From Minisyncoccota bacterium (GTDB taxonomy: Bacteria; Patescibacteriota; Minisyncoccia; Phycocordibacterales; CSBR16-193): 64,000 nucleotides of DNA. Both the position numbers and the translations under genes were made by a program. Within the stretch, counting starts at the first letter, position 1, and each line of letters begins with the position of its first letter. Below are positions 47,182 to 56,242 of this stretch, one piece after another. The DNA lies in assembly GCA_040905715.1 (NCBI GenBank), contig JBBDRA010000003.1, positions 7,075 through 71,074 on the forward strand, given 5' to 3'. The notes beneath the pieces are model-generated. The model did not search any database, was not told where the DNA came from, and saw only the letters and a list, made by a program, of their open reading frames with translations.

Positions 47182-49482
47182 CTACTGTGGATTTTGTCCG
47201 TTATCCCCAGGGGCGGACGGGTAGGTTCCATCATCGGTGAAACTGTTGTGACCGCCGAAATTACCGGCTTCCTCGTTCACAAGAACACGTCGCGGTTTTG
47301 ATCCCTCTCCTTCACTAACAACCCCGCGCTCTTCAAGCATGTCCATAAGACGAGCCGCTCTCGCGTAGCCCACTTTAAGCTTACGCTGAATGAGTGAGGT
47401 TGATGCCTTGTTCATTTCTATAACAAGCTCTCGCGCTTCTTCAAAGAGTTCGTCCTCGTCGTCACCGTCTTCGTCAAAGGATACATCGGTAACACTGCCG
47501 GCTGATTCACCGGTGAAGTCGATCTGCTCAGGCAACTCGTTGCTGTACTGGTCGGCAAGGTACGTAACAACTTTCTTCACCTCATCTTCGGTAATGAAGG
47601 CGGACTGAATACGGCTTGGTTGTGACATCTCACCTGATAGGTACAACATGTCACCGGCACCCAACAGCTTCTCGGCGCCACCGGCATCGAGAATGGTGCG
47701 GGAGTCTACCTGTGAGGCCACCTGAAGGGCAATACGTGCCGGAATGTTTGCTTTAATAAGACCGGTGATGACATTTACACTCGGGCGTTGAGTTGAGAGC
47801 ACGAGGTGAATACCAACCGCGCGGGACATCTGCGCGAGTCGTACGATAGCCGATTCCATTTCTCGCGGGTACGCCTGCATAATATCGGCAAGCTCATCAA
47901 CGATAACCACGATGTACGGCATGGTTTCAGGCAGCTCATCGTCTTCGCCGGCCTCGCCCTTCTTGTGCTTCGCGAGAGCCGGTTCCAGAACGTTCTTGTG
48001 ATATGAACCGATGTCGCGAACTTTTTCTGTTTCCAGAATGTCGTATCGACGATCCATTTCTTTCTGTGCCCACTTGAGTGAGAGAATAGCTTTTTTAGGA
48101 TCGGTGATCACCGGGGTAAGCAGGTGGGGGATGCTGTTGTAAAGTGTTAGCTCCACACGTTTTGGATCGACCATGATAAAGCGCATGAACTCCGGCGAGT
48201 TTCGGTACAGAAGCGAGGTGATCAGCGAATGAATGGTCACTGATTTACCGGAACCGGTTGCGCCGGCGATCAGCACGTGAGGCATCTTAGCTAGGTTGCC
48301 AAAGTGCGTCTCGCCGGTGATGCCTTTTCCAAGCGCCATCAATAGAGGCTTGTCAGGTTCAGAGAAAGCCTTTGAGCCAAGCAATGTGGCAAGACCGATC
48401 GTGGACTTGGTCGTGTTTGGTAGCTCGATACCTACTAAGGACTTGCCTGGAATTGGGGCTTCGATGCGGAGTGGGTGAGCCGCAAGCGCGAGCGAAAGGT
48501 CGTTCTGGAGCGCCACGATACGTGAGAGCTTTACTCCTTCTGCCGGCTTGAGTGCGTAGCGGGTTACAGTCGGCCCGACTGACACCTCGTCCATTTCAAC
48601 CTGAACACCGAAGTTGTGAAGCGTTCGCTTTATAACATTTGCGTTTGCCTTGATGTCACCTACGCCCGGCTTTCCTCGATCTTTCTCAAGGAGTTTCAAC
48701 GGAGGCGGCTTGTACTCGATCGAGAATGAGCTTGATGGTGTTAGATCCAGCTCACCGGTCGTCGAAAGGGTTCGATCTTCAGTGTCGCTATCTATTTCCG
48801 CGGGCGCAGCTGGTGGTTCGGGCGGTAGATCTGTCTCAAGCGTGGTACCCATCTCGTCGTCGGCCACATCGCTGTCCAGGTGGAACGTGCCAAGATCTTG
48901 ACCCTCGTCGGCAAGCTCGTCATTGCTTCCGAACAAGCGCTGGGGAAGTGAAAGGACCGCCTCAAGAGAAATGAGGTGGTCGAATACGATCAAGAGCGCA
49001 ATAAAAAGCGTCGCTCCTAAAATGATAACCGTGAGGTACAGCTCAAAAAGCGAGAGGAGTGGTGCGGTTATCGCTGCTCCGATCACACCACCGGGACTTT
49101 CGATCTTGCCGGCGAGCAATATCTGGATAAGACCTAATCCACCGATTATGAATAGGATACCTCCAAGTGCTTGCGAGATAGCAACCTTCTGCCGAAGTGC
49201 TTTGAGGAAGGATATTCCTAAAAGGATAAACAAAACCGGAAGCAAAAAGTAGCCGACACCCAGTAACATATCGAGAAGGGTAAATGCCTTCTCTCCCACT
49301 AAGCCTGCATTGCCAAAATAAGCCAGCACAAGGAAAGCGGTGATAACAAAAAACACGATCGCCACAACCGCCTGAATAGTCTCTTCGCGGATGTATTCGT
49401 ATAGTCCGAGGGATTCCTCCTCTTCAAACTCCTCTTCCTCCGTATCCTTTTTCTTTGTTTTCTTTTGTGATTTCTTTGCCAT
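47182..49482 (-). CDS. ftsK: DNA translocase FtsK/SpoIIIE
   Basis: N-terminal 4-5 TM; linker; motor domain with Walker A GATGSGKS, Walker B; gamma domain wHTH. Confidence 0.9.
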   Translation of the reverse strand: MAKKSQKKTKKKDTEEEEFEEEESLGLYEYIREETIQAVVAIVFFVITAFLVLAYFGNAGLVGEKAFTLLDMLLGVGYFLLPVLFILLGISFLKALRQKVAISQALGGILFIIGGLGLIQILLAGKIESPGGVIGAAITAPLLSLFELYLTVIILGATLFIALLIVFDHLISLEAVLSLPQRLFGSNDELADEGQDLGTFHLDSDVADDEMGTTLETDLPPEPPAAPAEIDSDTEDRTLSTTGELDLTPSSSFSIEYKPPPLKLLEKDRGKPGVGDIKANANVIKRTLHNFGVQVEMDEVSVGPTVTRYALKPAEGVKLSRIVALQNDLSLALAAHPLRIEAPIPGKSLVGIELPNTTKSTIGLATLLGSKAFSEPDKPLLMALGKGITGETHFGNLAKMPHVLIAGATGSGKSVTIHSLITSLLYRNSPEFMRFIMVDPKRVELTLYNSIPHLLTPVITDPKKAILSLKWAQKEMDRRYDILETEKVRDIGSYHKNVLEPALAKHKKGEAGEDDELPETMPYIVVIVDELADIMQAYPREMESAIVRLAQMSRAVGIHLVLSTQRPSVNVITGLIKANIPARIALQVASQVDSRTILDAGGAEKLLGAGDMLYLSGEMSQPSRIQSAFITEDEVKKVVTYLADQYSNELPEQIDFTGESAGSVTDVSFDEDGDDEDELFEEARELVIEMNKASTSLIQRKLKVGYARAARLMDMLEERGVVSEGEGSKPRRVLVNEEAGNFGGHNSFTDDGTYPSAPGDNGQNPQ

Positions 49483-49780
49483 AACTGAAGATTCTACCAA
49501 TTTAGTATAACACCCGCAAAGGCGCAAAGGAATAAATGAAATATAGAACGGAATACAGAGAATACGGCAAGTAATAGTGAATAAAAGTAGAAGAAGGCCG
49601 GAAAAAGCTATCGCACTTGCAAAGCGCAGCAACAACCCCTTTTTGCTTCTTAAGTACCCAAATGAAAGGGTCGTGAGCCCTCAAAAGAGCCGATCTGTTG
49701 CAAAAGGACAGGTTTTATATACTATAAGACATGTCTTTTAAAACGCTCTGTATAGGACAATATGTTAAGGACAGTATTGA

Positions 49781-49815
49781 CATTAAGAATTGTCTCTTAT
49801 ATAATCTCTAGACAA
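49781..49815 (+). promoter_or_regulatory. Sigma70-like promoter TTGACA-N18-TATATAAT
   Basis: ttgacattaagaattgtctcttatataat. Confidence 0.6.
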
Positions 49816-49831
49816 GGTAAAGGACATAATC

Positions 49832-50689
49832 GTGTCCATGACAGATAACTCAAAAAACCGCTACATACAAGAGACAAGCGAAAACACCGCCCTCACTAAC
49901 ACTCCTAGTGACAGCAGTTTTGTCTCTTTGTACAAAAAGACAGAAAAGATAGCTACGGCTATCTATCTCGTGACCGACCTCCTCGATCACGAGGAACCTT
50001 TACATTGGTCGCTTCGAGAGAATGTTACCTACCTACTCAATCTTTTGGTGTCCTTAAGAGATACTGTTGATACTCGTTCGAATACGAAGAACGCCTGCCG
50101 CAATAAACTTATTGATCTGATCACGCAGATCAATGTCGCCACATCGGCCGGACTTATCTCTCAGATGAACGGTTCGGTCCTTGTGCGTGAGCTGAATACG
50201 CTTGCCGATAGGATAGATCAGCTTTCAATTGATTCTGTCGGAGGACCTCATCTAGACGATGCGTTTTTCAAGTCGTCAGATTCGGAAAACGTAGCATCTG
50301 CGCCTGATCAAGGCCGCAGACATGCTTCTGTAAATAAGCCTGCTTTGAAGAGTGAACCGCTTAACGGTGGATCTGCTTTAGCCTCAAGCCAGGCGAGTAA
50401 ACAGGGTGTGGATAATCCGCAAATACAGGGTGGTAATACTGACAGTGCTTCATCCGAAGTTACTCGTTCAAAAGGCACAAAACCGGCGGTTCAGGCCAAG
50501 AAGAACAAGCGTCAGCGCGCCATCCTTCACCTTATTAAGGAGAAGGGCGAGGTGAGCGTGAGAGACGTTGCTACAGTGATCGCTGACTGCAGTGAGAAAA
50601 CACTTCAGCGTGAGCTCATGGCGTTGGTTGATGAGGGAGTTTTACAAAAGTCCGGGAAGCGGAGGTGGACACGGTATTCGTTCGCGTAG
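49832..50689 (+). CDS. Hypothetical protein with C-terminal winged-HTH (DeoR-like) domain
   Basis: C-terminal ILHLIKEKGEVSVRDVATVIADCSEKTLQRELMALVDEGVL; low-complexity S/T/Q-rich middle. Confidence 0.5.
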   Translation: MSMTDNSKNRYIQETSENTALTNTPSDSSFVSLYKKTEKIATAIYLVTDLLDHEEPLHWSLRENVTYLLNLLVSLRDTVDTRSNTKNACRNKLIDLITQINVATSAGLISQMNGSVLVRELNTLADRIDQLSIDSVGGPHLDDAFFKSSDSENVASAPDQGRRHASVNKPALKSEPLNGGSALASSQASKQGVDNPQIQGGNTDSASSEVTRSKGTKPAVQAKKNKRQRAILHLIKEKGEVSVRDVATVIADCSEKTLQRELMALVDEGVLQKSGKRRWTRYSFA

Positions 50690-50702
50690 CGTCTGCCGGT
50701 AA

Positions 50703-50740
50703 GGGCGTAGTAGAGCGCTCTGCTACGCCCTAGTTCTTGC
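50703..50740 (+). terminator. Rho-independent terminator
   Basis: agggcgtagtagagcgctctgctacgccct + agttcttg. Confidence 0.7.
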
Positions 50741-50960
50741 CCTGGGTCCTTGACTCACACGACGTTTCCTTTTAAAGTAGCCGCACGTTGAAATATGCAA
50801 TAGAGCTTGTAACCAAACACTTCTTCTGCTGTTTAGTTTTGTGTTCTTCGAGACGTTGTCCGGTGTAAAGATCCGGTGTAAAAGTACAGACCGGACTACG
50901 GCTCATAAGAAGAAAAGTGATAAAGAGTAGAAGTGGTGCTTGGTTGTCCACACAATTATT

Positions 50961-50989
50961 TTGCTCACTAATCAATGTGGGGATATAAT
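50961..50989 (+). promoter_or_regulatory. Strong sigma70-like promoter TTGCTC-N17-TATAAT heading a non-coding, structured locus
   Basis: ttgctcactaatcaatgtggggatataat. Confidence 0.6.
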
Positions 50990-50995
50990 TTAAGA

Positions 50996-51400
50996 GAGGG
51001 GATAGGTAATAAGACCTGTGTGCCTGTTTCTCGTACGGAAACAGGCTTCGGTGATACCTCCCCTCTGAGGTGTAAGAGAATAGAAAGTAGACGATAGACA
51101 GAAGACGAGCAGTCTTGACAAGCTACTTCTTCTATTCTTTAGAAGATGAAGAAGCTCGCGACGTGTAATATCTGAACGAGTTTCTGAGTCTACACGACCA
51201 AGCACTGGAATTGTCAGATATAACGAACATTTTTCGTTCGTCCTGTCTGAAAATTATAGTGCGTATGTCCTTTGACAATTAAATACAGATTCGTGTCACG
51301 GTGCTCTTAGCACGGTGACCACTATCCAGTATGCCTAAGGCATACTCACTATAATCCAGAGCAATATACATATTGCCCTGCTGTGTCGCTTGTCGTATAC
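50996..51400 (+). ncRNA. Candidate structured non-coding RNA / orphan rRNA-operon-like leader (several perfect hairpins plus a boxA antitermination element)
   Basis: Hairpins agagggg..cccctct enclosing cctgtttc-tcgtacg-gaaacagg, gaatagaaagtag..ctacttcttctattc, gtcacggtgc..gcacggtgac, agtatgcc-taa-ggcatact, gcaatat-aca-atattgc; boxA at 51266-51285; no protein-like ORF. Confidence 0.4.
51266..51285 (+). promoter_or_regulatory. boxA-like antitermination element TGTCCTTTGACAATTAAATA (copy A)
   Basis: 19/20 identical to the element 140 nt upstream of 23S (57395..57414); resembles rrn boxA (TGCTCTTTAACAATTTATCA). Confidence 0.55.
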
Positions 51401-51522
51401 CATTCATTTGTATACCAAGGACATGGAAAAGAAGGCTGTGAAGAGAAAAAGGAAGAGAAGAAAGTAAAAGTATAAGTGATGACTGTTCAACAGTTTCATC
51501 ACTTTCAATTCAATCGATTGTA

Positions 51523-51879
51523 TTGGAAGAGAAGAATGAAAGGAAGAACGAGGCGGCGGCTCAGAGCGTGCTGAAAAACTGCTTTCGAGTCGAGGGTTCC
51601 AATTTTGAGTCGAGGCGCGAGCTGGAGACCGAAAAATATTTTAGATATTTTAAGGTCGAAGCAAAGTGTCGCAGGCCAAAATTGAAATTCGTAGACCGGA
51701 ATGAGTTTTTCCGGCACGCTCATCCTCTCGGTGCTCGGCTTCGCTCACTAAACACTTCATTGATCCGGCGACACTTTGGTGAGGTCAGATCAAAGAAGAA
51801 TTGTTTAATAGCGATGCCGGGCGCCGAGGTGAGCGGCCCGACGATACACAATGCGTATCTACACTACTTTGTAGCATAG
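51523..51879 (+). CDS. Doubtful ORF (118 aa, basic) inside the non-coding locus
   Basis: GGAAGAG RBS-like upstream; composition not convincingly protein-like. Confidence 0.2.
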   Translation: MEEKNERKNEAAAQSVLKNCFRVEGSNFESRRELETEKYFRYFKVEAKCRRPKLKFVDRNEFFRHAHPLGARLRSLNTSLIRRHFGEVRSKKNCLIAMPGAEVSGPTIHNAYLHYFVA

Positions 51880-52082
51880 GTCGCATGGTGTCGTGCGCCA
51901 GGTCGGGAAACCGATAGGTGCGCTATTACAAGCATTGCTCCGTATGCTTCGTGCGCAAGTGCGGAGAATACAGTACGGAGGAATAGTGATTACAAAGTCT
52001 GCCCGTTACACACAGCTAATTAGTGAATAGTTAGTATTATCAACAAGACAGATAACGGGTAGCAACAAAATTAGTAGAAAAT

Positions 52083-53984
52083 ATGACTGCACAAGACACG
52101 ATAAGAAGTAAAGCAATTGCTGGCTTTGTAGGCCTCGCAATGGCTATGACCTTTGCATTCGCTGGCGCCATGAGCGTAAGCGCGCAGAGTGACAGCGTTG
52201 CCGAACTACAAGCACAGATCGAAGCACTGCAAGAAGCGCTTGCAGCATTAACAGGAGGTAATGCATCTGCTGAATGTTCAGTAACTTTCAGCCAGAACCT
52301 TTCACAGGGTGACACTGGTTCAGAAGTTATGGCTCTTCAGCAGTTCCTTAACGCCAACGGCTACACTGTAGCTTCAGCTGGCGCAGCAGGATCAGCAGGT
52401 ATGGAGACCAGCTACTTTGGTCCCGCAACCCACCAGGCTGTTGTAGCGTTCCAGAACGCTAACTCAGCTCAGGTACTTGCACCGGTTGGCCTTTCCATCG
52501 GAACAGGTTACTGGGGTCCATCTTCACGCTCACACGCAAACACAATGTGTGCAGCTGACTCAGGCTCTGACTCAGATGACTCTGACTCAGATGGCGACTC
52601 AACTTCTGGTGACCTCGAAGGTGGCGTTGGCGACATTGACGACGCTGACTTCATCTCAGGCATCAACAACGAAAGCGTTGGAGAAGGCGAGAGCGACGTA
52701 GAGGTTCTCGGTCTTGAGATCGAGGCTGACGACGGTTCAGACATTGAGATTATGGCTGTAACCATCGACTTCGACTACAACGGCACATCAAGCGACGACT
52801 TCGATGACTACGCTGAGGAGGTCTCAGTATGGTTCGAGGGAGAGAAGGTTGCTGAAGTTGACGCTGATGAGTTTGAGGACGATGACGACTACAACCGAAC
52901 TGTCTCACTTGACCGCGGTGCGATCATTCGCGCAGGTGACACAGCTGACTTGACTGTAGCTGTCTCAGGACAGAACACCATCGACTCAGCTGATCTTAAC
53001 GACAGCGACTGGGACGTATCGGTAGAGCAGGTTCGCATCCGTGATGCAGCCGGCGCTATCCTTACCGTTTCTCAGGGAGATATCGATGCAGCCAAGGAGC
53101 GCAGCTTCGACTTTGAGGACGAGGCAGCAGACGAGAGCATCGAGATCAAGTCTTCATCAAACGACCCTGACTCAGACGTCTTCCTCGTAGAGGACGACAC
53201 CAATGAATCTGACTGGTTCGAGACATTCATCTTCCGACTAGAAGGTGAAGAGAATGACATCGAAGTTGATGAGATCGTTATTAACCTCGAAATCGGCTCA
53301 AAGGCATACAGTGCTGTTGTAAGCGACATGGCTCTTGAGATCGACGGCGAGGAGTTCAGCGATTTCGATGTATCAACGAGCTCAGCTAGCTCAACAAACG
53401 TTACCTTTGACATCGACGGTGACTTCACTATCGATGCTGATGACGACGTTGAGGTAGTTGTACTCATGGAGTTCCAGGGAACTAACAGCGGAGCTAACTA
53501 CGCTGACGGTGAGACCATCCAGGTCAACACTGTATCTGTTGAAGGTGAAGGAAACGACGATGTTTCTGACACTGCAACTGTTACCGGTGACGAGCACACG
53601 CTCAGCACGTCAGGTGTTGTGATCTCTGGTGTTGACTCTGAGGGAAGTGTCAACGAGGCTGGCGACACAGCATTCATCTCATGGGAGTTCACCATCGGCG
53701 CTGAGGACGGTGACATTGACTTCAATGTTGCTGACAAGAACAACGTTGATGGAGACACTGACGATGTACGATTTGATGTCCTCGGTGGAGGAAACGCAAC
53801 GTCATCGATCATTCTTCTCTCAGGAGACGCTACTTCTGATGGAAGTGGTTGGACTATCAACGAGGGTGACGAGGCAACATTCGGTCTCGACACTACTATC
53901 ACAGGATCAGGTACACACCGTGTACGACTTGAGACAGTTGAAGGTGTAACCGTAGATGAACTATCTGGTTCACAAAACATCTAA
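52083..53984 (+). CDS. Secreted protein with a peptidoglycan-binding (PG_binding_1-like) domain and a long poly-acidic Asp/Ser/Glu-rich region
   Basis: Signal peptide (AMAMTFAFAGAMSVSA); coiled segment; LSQGDTGSEVMALQQFLNANGY..THQAVVAFQ PGBD-like; D/E-rich repeats. Confidence 0.65.
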   Translation: MTAQDTIRSKAIAGFVGLAMAMTFAFAGAMSVSAQSDSVAELQAQIEALQEALAALTGGNASAECSVTFSQNLSQGDTGSEVMALQQFLNANGYTVASAGAAGSAGMETSYFGPATHQAVVAFQNANSAQVLAPVGLSIGTGYWGPSSRSHANTMCAADSGSDSDDSDSDGDSTSGDLEGGVGDIDDADFISGINNESVGEGESDVEVLGLEIEADDGSDIEIMAVTIDFDYNGTSSDDFDDYAEEVSVWFEGEKVAEVDADEFEDDDDYNRTVSLDRGAIIRAGDTADLTVAVSGQNTIDSADLNDSDWDVSVEQVRIRDAAGAILTVSQGDIDAAKERSFDFEDEAADESIEIKSSSNDPDSDVFLVEDDTNESDWFETFIFRLEGEENDIEVDEIVINLEIGSKAYSAVVSDMALEIDGEEFSDFDVSTSSASSTNVTFDIDGDFTIDADDDVEVVVLMEFQGTNSGANYADGETIQVNTVSVEGEGNDDVSDTATVTGDEHTLSTSGVVISGVDSEGSVNEAGDTAFISWEFTIGAEDGDIDFNVADKNNVDGDTDDVRFDVLGGGNATSSIILLSGDATSDGSGWTINEGDEATFGLDTTITGSGTHRVRLETVEGVTVDELSGSQNI

Positions 53985-54077
53985 CTAACCTTAGTTAGAG
54001 GTAACAGCAAAGGATCACGGGTGTAACCCGTAGGACAGTCAAGCAGGTCTCAAACAGAGCCGTTGCAGGTCCGAAAC

Positions 54078-54116
54078 AAAAACCCCGCCTCCCTTTTGGG
54101 ACGGCGGGGTTTTTGT
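54078..54116 (+). terminator. Rho-independent terminator
   Basis: aaaaccccgcctcccttttgggacggcggggtttttg. Confidence 0.85.
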
Positions 54117-54126
54117 TATGTATTTT

Positions 54127-54149
54127 TTGCCAACCCCTGGGGTTGGCAA
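54127..54149. repeat. 23-bp perfect palindrome TTGCCAACCCCTGGGGTTGGCAA (copy 1)
   Basis: Exact palindrome; second copy at 54421. Confidence 0.8.
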
Positions 54150-54200
54150 AAGTGGAAGGATGTGGATTGGACGACGTCTTTAGCTGATATACTAGAAGGT

Positions 54201-54404
54201 ATGCTGAAGTATTTCGACAAAGCTTTTTTCCGATTTATGACCGGATTCCTCATCACGCTGGCTGCCAGCTTGGTGGTTTTGTATATAGCCGTAGATTCTT
54301 CTTCGAACCGACCTCCATCTCATACGGCAGATGTTCCTGATCAGAGTGAAGATAACAATGCGGGTCATAGAGAAGACCGCAATAAAAGTCGCAACGAAAG
54401 GTGA
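54201..54404 (+). CDS. Small membrane protein ORF (67 aa) flanked by the two palindromic repeats
   Basis: AGAAGG RBS; one TM (FMTGFLITLAASLVVLYIAV); hydrophilic tail. Confidence 0.35.
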   Translation: MLKYFDKAFFRFMTGFLITLAASLVVLYIAVDSSSNRPPSHTADVPDQSEDNNAGHREDRNKSRNER

Positions 54405-54420
54405 TCATCATCATGGATTT

Positions 54421-54443
54421 TTGCCAACCCCAGGGGTTGGCAA
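54421..54443. repeat. 23-bp palindrome TTGCCAACCCCAGGGGTTGGCAA (copy 2)
   Basis: Differs from copy 1 only at the central base. Confidence 0.8.
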
Positions 54444-54471
54444 AAATATTCTAATTCAACGTGTAAAGTAG

Positions 54472-54499
54472 TTGACGCGGGAGAGTTTGTGCGTATACT
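54472..54499 (+). promoter_or_regulatory. Sigma70-like promoter TTGACG-N16-TATACT followed by a ~170-nt structured leader (possible L10-type autoregulatory leader)
   Basis: ttgacgcgggagagtttgtgcgtatact; leader contains aaacatg-cgccggag-catgttt and other GC-rich hairpins. Confidence 0.5.
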
Positions 54500-54674
54500 G
54501 ACTCACATAAGGCCGTAGACAAGGGGCGAGGTGGTGCGCAGTGCGTACGCCGGTAAGTCCTCTCGAGGTCACTGAAACATGCGCCGGAGCATGTTTGGTG
54601 ATGATCTACTTAACCGGCCCTTATAGGTCGATTTTTTATTAGCTGTGAGTGAAGCGAATAGCTAACCCAGTTAA

Positions 54675-54953
54675 ATGATTTCAAATCAGGAGCATGCGTT
54701 TTATTACGTTTACGTCCTTTACTCAGTGAAAGATACTAATCTTTACGTTGGGTTTACTAGAGATTTGAAATCACGATTTGAGGATCATCAAAAAGGAATA
54801 GTCCCGTCTACAAGGGATCGTGCGCCTCTAAAGTTAATATACTACGAAGCGTACGTTTCAAAATCAGATGCGGTTCACAGGGAAAAGTATCTGAAGACAT
54901 ATCACGGACGTTTTTTCCTTAAGAAAAGACTTAAATCGTATTTAACCGGGTAG
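54675..54953 (+). CDS. Small GIY-YIG nuclease superfamily protein (YhbQ/UPF0213-like)
   Basis: YVYVLYS..DTNLYVGFTRDL..R...H..G pattern of GIY-YIG; 92 aa. Confidence 0.7.
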   Translation: MISNQEHAFYYVYVLYSVKDTNLYVGFTRDLKSRFEDHQKGIVPSTRDRAPLKLIYYEAYVSKSDAVHREKYLKTYHGRFFLKKRLKSYLTG

Positions 54954-54982
54954 GTTTAACTTCACTACGTTACGTTAAACCT

Positions 54983-55480
54983 ATGCCTTTAACCCGAACG
55001 CAAAAAGAAAAAGAAGTAGAAAGTCTCGCCGGTGCGGTAAAGAGCTCCGCCTCAACAGTGTTCGTGAACTTTCACGGCCTCACTGTTGATCAGGCAAGCG
55101 AGCTTCGAAGCGCGCTTCGTGAGAACGACGTGTCCTACAAGGTTGTTAAAAAGAGTTTGACGAACATTGCTCTTGATAACAGTAAGATCGCCGGGAAGAA
55201 GCCTGTACTCGAAGGAGAGCTTGCTATTGCCTACAGCGACGACTACCTTGAGCCGGCTCGCGGAGTGTACGAATTTCAAAAGAAGTTCGAAGGACACCTC
55301 TCGATCATCGGAGGTATCTATGATGGCGAGTATCAAAGCCAAGCTCAGATGCTTGATATCGCGCTTATCCCGCCAAAGGACGTCTTGCGTGGTATGTTCG
55401 TGAACATCATCAACTCACCGATCCAGGGATTTGTTGGTGCGCTCGGTCAGATCGCAGAACAGAAAGAAGCACAAGCTTAA
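54983..55480 (+). CDS. rplJ: 50S ribosomal protein L10
   Basis: MPLTRTQKEKEVESL.. L10 N-terminus; 165 aa. Confidence 0.85.
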   Translation: MPLTRTQKEKEVESLAGAVKSSASTVFVNFHGLTVDQASELRSALRENDVSYKVVKKSLTNIALDNSKIAGKKPVLEGELAIAYSDDYLEPARGVYEFQKKFEGHLSIIGGIYDGEYQSQAQMLDIALIPPKDVLRGMFVNIINSPIQGFVGALGQIAEQKEAQA

Positions 55481-55545
55481 TAGTATTTACCCATAGGCTA
55501 TACGTTTATTTTTAAACGATACCTTACAATCAATAACTTAATCAT

Positions 55546-56067
55546 ATGGCAGAAGAAGACAAAAAAGACGAACAGCAGGCACCTGCTGAGGAAGTAAAGG
55601 AAGAGAAAGTCGAAGAAGCACCTGCTGAAGAAGCAAAGGAAGAGGCTCCGGCAGAGGAGAAGAAAGAGGAGGAAACTGAAGAAGCAGGCGAGGATGTAGA
55701 GGTTCCGGAGAAGTTCCAAGACCTCGTTACCCAGATCGAGAACATGTCAGTTCTTGACCTTAACGAGTTAGTGAAACTCCTTGAGAAGAAGTTCGGTGTT
55801 TCAGCAGTCGCTGCCGCCGCTCCTGCAGCCGCAGCCGGCGAGGAGGCCGAGGAGAAGAGCAGCTTCACCGTTGAGCTTACTGACGCAGGGTCTCAGAAGA
55901 TCGGTGTTATTAAGGCAGTTAAGAACGCCCTAGGTCTTGGTTTGAAAGAGGCGAAAGATCTTGTGGATGGCGTGCCGGCAAAATTGAAGGACGATATGCC
56001 AAAGGAAGAAGCAGAAGCACTAAAATCAGCCATTGAAGAGGCTGGAGGTTCTGTAGAACTTAAGTAA
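55546..56067 (+). CDS. rplL: 50S ribosomal protein L7/L12 with a ~50-aa acidic N-terminal extension
   Basis: Canonical NTD ([29 protein letters not shown]), Ala-rich hinge and CTD ([24 protein letters not shown]..), preceded by an E/K/A-rich extension. Confidence 0.85.
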   Translation: MAEEDKKDEQQAPAEEVKEEKVEEAPAEEAKEEAPAEEKKEEETEEAGEDVEVPEKFQDLVTQIENMSVLDLNELVKLLEKKFGVSAVAAAAPAAAAGEEAEEKSSFTVELTDAGSQKIGVIKAVKNALGLGLKEAKDLVDGVPAKLKDDMPKEEAEALKSAIEEAGGSVELK

Positions 56068-56173
56068 GTTATTGAAGAGCCATCCTTCGGATGGTCGGCC
56101 GAAGGCCGAAGGAAGCAGGTGGAAGTGTGGAGCTGAAATAAGTATAGAGATCATAGCTGTACTGAAATACAAT

Positions 56174-56205
56174 AAACCGCCCGGCTTTGCCGGGCGGTTT
56201 TTGTG
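56174..56205 (+). terminator. Rho-independent terminator after rplL (no rpoB follows)
   Basis: aaaccgcccggctttgccgggcggtttttgtg. Confidence 0.85.
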
Positions 56206-56242
56206 TCCGGCTTCCCGGATCTTCATTGTTTCAACCTAAACA

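Noticed and set aside
52555-52625. Nucleotide-level tandem repeats (gactcagatgac...), checked as a possible CRISPR or minisatellite
   Set aside because: They are in-frame Ser-Asp codon repeats inside the acidic surface-protein gene, with no spacer-repeat architecture.
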